Of a DNA stretch of 64,000 nucleotides, positions 57,523 to 64,000 are shown piece after piece (within the stretch, counting starts at the first letter, position 1; every line of letters starts with the position of its first letter). The stretch covers positions 1,280,001 through 1,344,000 of the forward strand of contig OZ251992.1 of NCBI GenBank assembly GCA_965246885.1, read 5' to 3'. The position numbers and the translations under genes are program-made. The notes below the pieces were generated by a model. It did not search any database and had not been told where the DNA came from. It was given only the letters and a program-made list of their open reading frames with translations. The stretch is from Abditibacterium sp. (GTDB taxonomy: Bacteria > Armatimonadota > Abditibacteriia > Abditibacteriales > Abditibacteriaceae).

Positions 57523-58212
57523 TTACGGAGCGAAGAAATTCTCCAAAGTTTGGCTACACATTTCGTTGTAAAGCTTTAAGCATTTACAACTGTCTCTACA
57601 AACTCTCGCTTCAATATGCGCGTCAGCCAATCCAGCAACCCGCGCAGATGCTCGCAAAGCGCCAACTGCTTGGCTGTAAGCATCAACACCACGAATGGTT
57701 TGACTAGGATTATCAATGATGATTTTCCGGAGAAACGGCTGAAGACGCAGCAAACCGCCTACGTGCCTTAGAACAAACGTTTTGTCAAAGTTGCCTTTTT
57801 GGTAGTTCGTGCTGAACTCATCAACAGTAGCGAACCAACGGTCGGCAGCCTTATCTTCATCCTTCCAGTTTTGCGGATTGCTCTTTGTAACCCATAACGA
57901 TGGTAGCCAATCCTGCGACAGCAACCCAATATCAAACTCAAAAAGAACTGGGCCATAATAATTTCTGCGTCGCGCCCGGTTGTGAATGTCAACCCCGTCC
58001 AAAAACAAGTCATACCAAATACCGTATCTTTTATCCAAATCATCCGTTTGCTGAGGAGTTTGAGCCAAGCCACGCTCATCCACAATCCCTCGTGCCATTA
58101 GATGCCCATGATGCAAAAAAGCACAGGCAGTTCGAACCGTATTGGCATGATACAGAGTATCCACGCCCTTTGCTCTCAAAACTTGGAGGAAAGCCTTTGC
58201 ATTAAGTTCCAT
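57523..58212 (-). CDS. Hypothetical protein, possible ADP-ribosyltransferase-like fold (integron cassette 1)
   Basis: AT-richer than its flanks; LYHANT..., YYGPVLFEFD; GAGG RBS. Confidence 0.7.
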   Translation of the reverse strand: MELNAKAFLQVLRAKGVDTLYHANTVRTACAFLHHGHLMARGIVDERGLAQTPQQTDDLDKRYGIWYDLFLDGVDIHNRARRRNYYGPVLFEFDIGLLSQDWLPSLWVTKSNPQNWKDEDKAADRWFATVDEFSTNYQKGNFDKTFVLRHVGGLLRLQPFLRKIIIDNPSQTIRGVDAYSQAVGALRASARVAGLADAHIEARVCRDSCKCLKLYNEMCSQTLENFFAP

Positions 58213-58266
58213 CGTAAACCTCTCAACGACAACTATAACACACTGTGCTCACGACAACGCCGCGCG

Positions 58267-58325
58267 CAGCGACAGAACAATGGTCTTATGCCCCAAATCA
58301 AGCCGCTTTTGCGGTATAAGACCGA
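58267..58325 (-). mobile_element. attI-like (or degenerate attC) cassette junction
   Basis: Minus GGGGCATAAGACCATT-G/TTCTGTCGCTG; the 12 bp from the G are the exact reverse complement of CAGCGACAGAAC at the start of the downstream attC. Confidence 0.6.
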
Positions 58326-58438
58326 ACTACGATCAGGATTTTACCGCAGATTATCTGCATTGACAAAGCGCGGTGAAACTCCGAGAATCATGGCTTTTTA
58401 CCGCTCTGTTCAAACATAAGACGGTGGGCATTCGCCTC

Positions 58439-60382
58439 TCACTCCCCCAAACGCTCCAGATTCTCCCGCACCATTTGGCGCAGTCTTTCGGGGTCGAAGG
58501 GTTTGGACAGAACGGGGCGGGCGGCGCGTTGGAGGAACTCTTGGGTGGATTGGCTCATGGTGTCGCCGGTGACGAAGAGGACTTTGATGAGCAGGTCGGG
58601 GCGCGTGGTTTGGAGGATCTCGAAAAAGGTTGGGCCGCCGACTGCGGGCATGCGGACATCGGACAAAATCAGGTCGTAATCGCCCGCGCTCAGGAGGGCG
58701 AGGGCTTCGGCGCCGTTGAAGGCGGGCGTGACGCGGTGGCCGTCGAGCGCGAGGATTTCGGTCATCAGCGTGATTACGGGTTCTTCGTCGTCCACGACGA
58801 GGATGTGCGCGGAGGATGCGTGTTCGCCTTCTTCAAAGCGGGCGAGGTCTTGGCCGTCGGCGCCAAGGGTGCCTTCGCCCGCGCCGCCGGGGAGTTCGAT
58901 CACAAAGCGCGCGCCGTGCCCCAAACGGCTTTCGGCCCACAGGAGGCCGTCGTGGTTCGAGATGATGCGAAGCGAAATGCTCATGCCAAGGCCGGTGCCT
59001 TCGCCGGTCGGTTTGGTGGTGAAGAACGGGTCGAAGACGCGGCGCAGATGTTCGGGCGCGATGCCGGGGCCGTTGTCCTCGATTGAAATGCGCGCCGCGA
59101 CTTGGCCTTGCATTGTCGTGGCGCGCGTTTGGATGCGGATTTCGCCCGAACCGCGCCACGAGTGAATCGCTTGCGCCGCGTTGTTGAGGACGTTCAGCAC
59201 GACCTGTTGCAATTGCAAGGCGTCACCCCAAATCGGCGGCAGGTCGGGCGCGAGGTCTAAGAGGAGGCGCACATCGTCGGTTTGCAGTTGGTAGCGGCGC
59301 ATTTCGAGCGCGGCTTCGACGACTTCGTTGACGACGACGAACTGCTTTTCAGGGCTGGAGCGGCGCGCATACGAGAGCAGATTCGAGACGATGTTCGAGG
59401 CGCGCGTCGCTTCGGAATGGATGGTGGTGACTTTGCGCCGCACGCCCTCGGACAGCGTTTTGTCCATGCCCAATAGTTCGGCGTAGCCCACGACGGTGGC
59501 GAGCGGGTTGTTCAGTTCGTGCGCGACGCCGGATGTTAATTCGCCCAGCGCCGCCAGCTTTTCGGATTGCAGCAGTTGCTCTTGCAAGCGGCGCGACTCG
59601 GTGACATCGTGGAGGACGCACAAGCGGCGCCCGCCGTCGCCGCGCGCGCGGTCGAGCAGGGGGTTGCCGATGTTGACGCCCGTCGCGTGAAGCTCGAAGG
59701 CCATCTCGACAAACACGCGGTCGGGTTGCCCGCACCGGAACTCGGTGGTTTGCGGCGACAAATGAAGCGGCCCGATGTCGAGCGGTTGCCAAGCGCGCAG
59801 CACGTTGTATTCGGGCAGAAGTGCCCACAGGTCGTCGCGGCGGCGGCCCAGCACATCGGCGATTTCGTGGCCGAGCATCGAAGCCAAAGCGCGGTTGGCG
59901 CGAAGGATAACGCCGTTTTCGTCGCAGACATACACGCCGTCTATCATGCCGTCGAGCATGGCTTGCCACTCGCGCTTGATGTATTGCAGTTGCTCGAACA
60001 AGCGCGTTTTGGCGGCACTGGCGGCGATCTGCTCGCAAAAAGCGTCCATCTGGGCGCGCAAGTCGGCGTCCATCGGCGCGTTTTGCGGCCACAAGAGGGA
60101 CAACTGCCCCAAGTCGTTTCCGTCGCGCCGGAGCGCCCAGTGTTTCCACTGCGACCCGTTCGCCCCACTCTCTCCCTCTTCCGCCGTCAACGACAACGGC
60201 GCGGGCGCGCTTTGTGTCGTCGAAGCGGGCGAATCGAATTCATCTGCCGTGAGCGAGAGCGTGCCCGCGACCGCGCCCGACAACGCGAGCGCGCCGCGTA
60301 GCGCCACCTCTTGCAAACGAGCGAGCGTGGGCGCCGCCACGACTTCGAGCGTGAGGCGAGTCCAGAGGGGGAAATTGAACAT
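58439..60382 (-). CDS. Hybrid sensor histidine kinase (GAF-like, PAS, HisKA, HATPase, REC)
   Basis: GVAHELNNPL, DNGPG, FFTTK..GTGLG; receiver VVDDE, SDVRMP, KPF. Confidence 0.93.
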   Translation of the reverse strand: MFNFPLWTRLTLEVVAAPTLARLQEVALRGALALSGAVAGTLSLTADEFDSPASTTQSAPAPLSLTAEEGESGANGSQWKHWALRRDGNDLGQLSLLWPQNAPMDADLRAQMDAFCEQIAASAAKTRLFEQLQYIKREWQAMLDGMIDGVYVCDENGVILRANRALASMLGHEIADVLGRRRDDLWALLPEYNVLRAWQPLDIGPLHLSPQTTEFRCGQPDRVFVEMAFELHATGVNIGNPLLDRARGDGGRRLCVLHDVTESRRLQEQLLQSEKLAALGELTSGVAHELNNPLATVVGYAELLGMDKTLSEGVRRKVTTIHSEATRASNIVSNLLSYARRSSPEKQFVVVNEVVEAALEMRRYQLQTDDVRLLLDLAPDLPPIWGDALQLQQVVLNVLNNAAQAIHSWRGSGEIRIQTRATTMQGQVAARISIEDNGPGIAPEHLRRVFDPFFTTKPTGEGTGLGMSISLRIISNHDGLLWAESRLGHGARFVIELPGGAGEGTLGADGQDLARFEEGEHASSAHILVVDDEEPVITLMTEILALDGHRVTPAFNGAEALALLSAGDYDLILSDVRMPAVGGPTFFEILQTTRPDLLIKVLFVTGDTMSQSTQEFLQRAARPVLSKPFDPERLRQMVRENLERLGE

Positions 60383-60395
60383 GGGTTACGACGGC

Positions 60396-60524
60396 AGCGC
60401 GTCCGGCAGGACGCTTGGGCGCTTGCGCCCGGATGCCGGTGATTTTATATCACCGTTGGTGGGCATCATCGGGGGTATAAAACCCCCGGCATCCGGCTTC
60501 GCCAAGCGTCCTGCCGGACGCGCT
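60396..60524. repeat. REP doublet (REPIN) of the CCGGATGCCGG.GATTTTATATC.CCG family
   Basis: Near-identical architecture to 33016-33142, with compensatory stem changes. Confidence 0.9.
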
Positions 60525-60574
60525 ACTCTGAATCCTTCGACAAGTGCAACGATTTCGCGTTTGGCCGCGCGCCG

Positions 60575-61576
60575 TCAGGAAGCGCGAGGCGGCGCCCACT
60601 CCAGCACCAAGCGGACGAACTCTTCGGGTGCGTCGAGTTGCGGGATCTGCAGGGCGTTTTCCACCACGCGCAGCGACACGTCGGGGCGGAGCGCGCCCCA
60701 TTCGCTCGCTTTGTCGAAGCCGCGCGCGTGGCGGCCCCATATCAGGAGGGCGGGCACGCTGGAAGCGCGCCACAGTTCGCGCCAAGGCAGGGCGAAGCGG
60801 CCTTCGAGCAAGGCGATTTGCGCGCGGTGCGCGCCGGGTTGGTGGGCCGTCGTGTGCCACAAGCGCGCTTCCGACTCGACGCGCCCTTTGTCCCACAGCG
60901 CAAACTCGCGCGCTTCGCGCTCGAAGTGGGCGCGGGAGCGCCACCAGTTCAACACGGCCTTCCCGACAACAGGCAGCGCGAGCAAGCGCGAGTTCAGTTC
61001 GCGGTGCGCCAAAAACTCGGCGCGCTCGGTGTGGCGCGGCTCGTCGGGCGCGCTGGCGTCGGGGCAGACCAAAACCAGTCCGGCGATGCCGCCGTCTTTC
61101 GTCGCTTCAAGGGCCAAAGGCGCCGCGCCGCCGTGCGCGACGACGACAGCGCCCTCGCCCACGATGTCGCGCAGGAAGTCGCGTAGTTGCGCGCCGAACT
61201 CGCGGGCGTTCAAGCCTTCCGGGTTCGGGTCGGACAAGCCGAAGCCTTGCCAATCGAGAGCGTAGACCGTGAAATGGTCGGCGAAACGGTCGAAGACCGC
61301 GCGCCACGACGCGCTGGACTGGCCGGGATCAAGCGAATGAACCAAAACAAGTGGCGGCCCATCGCCCGCGACGACATACGCCAAATCGCCAAAGCGCGCC
61401 GGATAGCGCCCGAACAGCCCGTTAAGGCGCGGCCCCAACGGAGGAGTGCGCGCTTCGATGAGCGCATTGACGGCAGCAACCGCGCCGACCGAAAGCGCGG
61501 CGGCGCCCACCAACCACCGCAGCACGGTCAGGATGGGAGCAAGGGACGAGTTATGTTGGGAAGGCGATTGCGACAT
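60575..61576 (-). CDS. Alpha/beta hydrolase-fold protein
   Basis: GPPLVLVH, YALDWQGFGLSD, LLIWG; the nucleophile motif looks degenerate (VAHGG). Confidence 0.8.
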   Translation of the reverse strand: MSQSPSQHNSSLAPILTVLRWLVGAAALSVGAVAAVNALIEARTPPLGPRLNGLFGRYPARFGDLAYVVAGDGPPLVLVHSLDPGQSSASWRAVFDRFADHFTVYALDWQGFGLSDPNPEGLNAREFGAQLRDFLRDIVGEGAVVVAHGGAAPLALEATKDGGIAGLVLVCPDASAPDEPRHTERAEFLAHRELNSRLLALPVVGKAVLNWWRSRAHFEREAREFALWDKGRVESEARLWHTTAHQPGAHRAQIALLEGRFALPWRELWRASSVPALLIWGRHARGFDKASEWGALRPDVSLRVVENALQIPQLDAPEEFVRLVLEWAPPRAS

Positions 61577-61690
61577 GGAAGTGAACTCACTTTACCAACT
61601 CGCGCGGGAAGGCGTCGGACATCCAAGGGGAACCCCTGCGACAACGGGCACCCGCTTTGCGATAACATGGTATGTCGTTTCACGCAGCAA

Positions 61691-62197
61691 ATGAAAATCA
61701 CACACCGTTTCAACACCAACTCCGCCCTTCGCGGCGGCAACTACTTCGTGCTGGCCTCCCTGCTCGTGCCCCTCGCCGGTTGCGGTGGCAAGGGCGCCGA
61801 CAGCGCTCCGCCACCCTCTTCCAGCATGCCCTCCGGCCCACCGCCGGGCGCGATGCAACCCGCCGCCAACAAGCCCAGCTTGGGCCTTTCGACCAAGCAA
61901 AAGGTCGTGTTGCTCGCCGGAGCCGCCGCGCTTTACTACTACTACCAGAAGTCCAAGAAGGAGACGGCTGCCAAGTACGCGGGGCAGAACATCCAGTACT
62001 ATTTGTCCAAGAACGGTGGCATCTACTACCGCGACCCGCAGTCCCATCAGGCCATCTTCGTCACGGCCCCGACCAAGACCGTCGAAGTTCCCCCTGCCGA
62101 AGCGCAACAATACGCGCAGATTCAGGGCTACAACAACCAAACGACCGGCAACGGCCTCGACTACTACTTCAAGCCCGCCCCCGGTGGCGGCGCGTAA
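61691..62197 (+). CDS. Hypothetical lipoprotein
   Basis: Lipobox LAGC; LAGAAALYYYY, YYLSKNG.IYYRD. Confidence 0.75.
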   Translation: MKITHRFNTNSALRGGNYFVLASLLVPLAGCGGKGADSAPPPSSSMPSGPPPGAMQPAANKPSLGLSTKQKVVLLAGAAALYYYYQKSKKETAAKYAGQNIQYYLSKNGGIYYRDPQSHQAIFVTAPTKTVEVPPAEAQQYAQIQGYNNQTTGNGLDYYFKPAPGGGA

Positions 62198-62215
62198 GGC
62201 GCAAGGAACTTTACT

Positions 62216-62650
62216 ATGAATCCACTCGATCTTCTTTTTGGCCAAGTCGCTGGCGCCGTCCAGCAGCACGCCGACCCCAACACCCCCGGCCCCGCTTACG
62301 ACTCTAATCCCGTCTTGGGTGCTCTGTCAAACATCTTCCAAAGCCACGCCCAGCAAAGTGGGCAACAGTTTTCCGGCTACCAACAGGGCCAGCAATACGA
62401 GAATCATGGCCCCAACATCGGCTCCATGCTTGGCGGTCTGCTTGGCGGCGGCGCCCTTGGTGCTCTCGCGGGCGGTTTGCTCGGCGGGCATGGTGGCGGC
62501 GGCGGGCAACAGGGCGGCTACGGCAACGTGCAAGACGCTTCTCAAGACCCCTACGGCGACCCCGCCAGCCAAGGTGCGGGCGGCGGCTCGTTCGGCAACG
62601 TTTTGGACGCCTCCCGCGACCCCTACGGCGACCCCGCCGACCAACGCTAA
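62216..62650 (+). CDS. Gly-rich hypothetical protein with duplicated DAS.DPYGDPA motif
   Basis: AAGGA RBS; followed by a terminator. Confidence 0.75.
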   Translation: MNPLDLLFGQVAGAVQQHADPNTPGPAYDSNPVLGALSNIFQSHAQQSGQQFSGYQQGQQYENHGPNIGSMLGGLLGGGALGALAGGLLGGHGGGGGQQGGYGNVQDASQDPYGDPASQGAGGGSFGNVLDASRDPYGDPADQR

Positions 62651-62666
62651 AAACAGAGCAAAACAC

Positions 62667-62697
62667 AAAAGCCCCCCGCCGGAAGCGGAGGGCTTTT
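62667..62697. terminator. Bidirectional intrinsic terminator
   Basis: AAAAGCCC...GGGCTTTT between convergent genes. Confidence 0.75.
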
Positions 62698-62715
62698 CTC
62701 CTAAATCCAAGGGAA

Positions 62716-62880
62716 TTAGGTGGTTGTGTTCATGGCGTTGGCCGAGGTGTTGAAGGTGTTCTTGATCTTGGCGCCCAAGAGAGTCAAGACGCCGATGACG
62801 ACGAGGGCGATGAGCGAGATGAGCAGGCCATACTCGACGAGGGTCTGGCCCTCTTCTTCTTGCAAAAACTGTTTGATCAT
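62716..62880 (-). CDS. Flp/Fap type IVb pilin (54 aa)
   Basis: Manual translation: MIKQFLQEEEG-QTLVEYGLLISLIALVVIGVL...; Flp G/xxxxEY motif; AAGGA RBS; below the ORF-track cutoff. Confidence 0.9.
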   Translation of the reverse strand: MIKQFLQEEEGQTLVEYGLLISLIALVVIGVLTLLGAKIKNTFNTSANAMNTTT

Positions 62881-62996
62881 GTGGGTGGTTGTCCTTGCCC
62901 CGAAGGGCGCAAATTTTCGCTTTGAGCGGGCTGGGGTCGCTGCCCCGTGCCTCCGCCTCGGCTACACCTGATGTAGAACCGTTTTGGCCACTGGAT

Positions 62997-63032
62997 AAAA
63001 GAGCGCGCCCGAATTATCGGGCGCGCTCTTTT
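62997..63032. terminator. Intrinsic terminator downstream of moeB
   Basis: AAAAGAGCGCGCCCGA-ATTA-TCGGGCGCGCTCTTTT. Confidence 0.85.
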
Positions 63033-63048
63033 GTTGCGTTGCCGTTGC

Positions 63049-64000
63049 CTAATAACGCGGTATGGAATCATCTACCGTGTTCGACCACGAGTCAATGCCC
63101 CCTGCCATGTTCTTGAGCTTCGTGAAGCCGAGCTTTTGCAGACCGGCGATGGCTTTTTGGCTACGCGTTCCGTGATGGCAATACACGACGGTGTTGTCCG
63201 CCGTATCCAGTTCGTTGACGCGCGTGAGCAGGTCATCGAGCGGGATGTGCTTGGCCCCGGCGAGGTGCGTTATCTGCCACTCTTCGGGACTTCGCACGTC
63301 GAGCAGCGTTATCTTCTCGCCGGAGTCCATCAGCGCCTTCACGCCCCGCGCCGACAGTTGCTCGATAGCGCTCGACGGCGTTTCCTGCGCCTCCTCGCTC
63401 GTGCCGTAGCCGCACAAGAAGCGGTACTCCTCGGCGGGGAGCAGCGATTTTATCGTCGCCTGCGGGCCGCAGATGGGACATTCCGGGTCTTTGCGTATCT
63501 TGAACGTCTTGAACGTCATCGCCAAGGCGTCGTACGTTAACAGCCGCCCGATGAGCGGGTTGCCGCGCCCCATAACCAGCTTAATTGCCTCGGTTGCTTG
63601 GATGGTGCCGACGACGCCCGGCAAAATCCCTAAGACCCCCCCTTCAGCGCACGAGGGCACCATCCCCGGCGGCGGCGGCGTCGGATACATGCACCGGTAG
63701 CACGGCCCATCCGGGTCGCAAAACACGGTCGCTTGCCCGTCGAAGCGGAAAATGGAGCCATACACGTTCATCTTCTTGTTGAGCACGCAAGCATCGTTGA
63801 CGATGTAACGCGTCTCGAAGTTGTCCGTCCCGTCCACGACTAAATCGTGCGAAGCCACTAACTCCATCACGTTCTCCGTCGAGACTGCATCTTGAATGGC
63901 GTTGATCTTGACGAAGGGATTGACCTCGTTCATGCGCTTTTTGGCGGACTCGACCTTGGGCACGCCCACGCTGGAGGTGTCATGCAGGATTTGGCGCTGC
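63049..64000 (-). CDS. moeB: MoeB/MoeZ adenylyltransferase with rhodanese domain; 5' end outside the window
   Basis: DGTDNF, GPCYRC, PSCAEGGVLG, CPIC, LLDVR, YCHHGTRS. Confidence 0.93.
   Translation of the reverse strand, partial: QRQILHDTSSVGVPKVESAKKRMNEVNPFVKINAIQDAVSTENVMELVASHDLVVDGTDNFETRYIVNDACVLNKKMNVYGSIFRFDGQATVFCDPDGPCYRCMYPTPPPPGMVPSCAEGGVLGILPGVVGTIQATEAIKLVMGRGNPLIGRLLTYDALAMTFKTFKIRKDPECPICGPQATIKSLLPAEEYRFLCGYGTSEEAQETPSSAIEQLSARGVKALMDSGEKITLLDVRSPEEWQITHLAGAKHIPLDDLLTRVNELDTADNTVVYCHHGTRSQKAIAGLQKLGFTKLKNMAGGIDSWSNTVDDSIPRY

Noticed and set aside
58326..58438. Integron integrase next to the attI-like site
   Set aside because: No tyrosine recombinase ORF; the plus-strand 237-aa ORF is antisense to the histidine kinase.
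62881..62996. c-di-GMP riboswitch upstream of the Flp pilin
   Set aside because: Small hairpins are present, but I could not match the GEMM consensus.

Overview
GC-rich bacterial chromosomal window from a diderm (LpxD, Skp, porin). The DUF1559 prepilin-like gene and the style of the hypothetical proteins suggest Abditibacteriota/Armatimonadota, but that is inference. Most of the window is housekeeping: rpsP, phosphate porin with an alkaline-phosphatase-like gene, sbp-cysTWA, a PhoB-like regulator, pheST, mpg, cax, queF, TrkA/KimA-like, purT, lpxD, tpx, moeB. The standout is a minus-strand operon at 33165-41950: promoter, a candidate retron msr-msd ncRNA (perfect 45-bp hairpin), a full WGR-regulatory-catalytic PARP with an intact H-Y-E triad, a 1252-aa protein (degenerate phage-RIIA-like GHKL region plus HEAT/ARM repeats), a SWIM zinc-finger protein and a Mx162-like retron reverse transcriptase. 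This is a candidate retron-PARP anti-phage system. It converges on a Ser/Thr kinase-PP2C-vWA-FHA cluster and a nucleotidyltransferase pair. Also present: an integrase-less integron cassette remnant (one intact and one truncated attC, two cassettes), an IS200/RAYT-like HUH transposase with its own REP family at four loci, several other REP-like palindromes, and several 21-bp-period tandem arrays. No rRNA, tRNA or CRISPR array was recognised. All protein calls come from motif recognition by eye; no searches were run.
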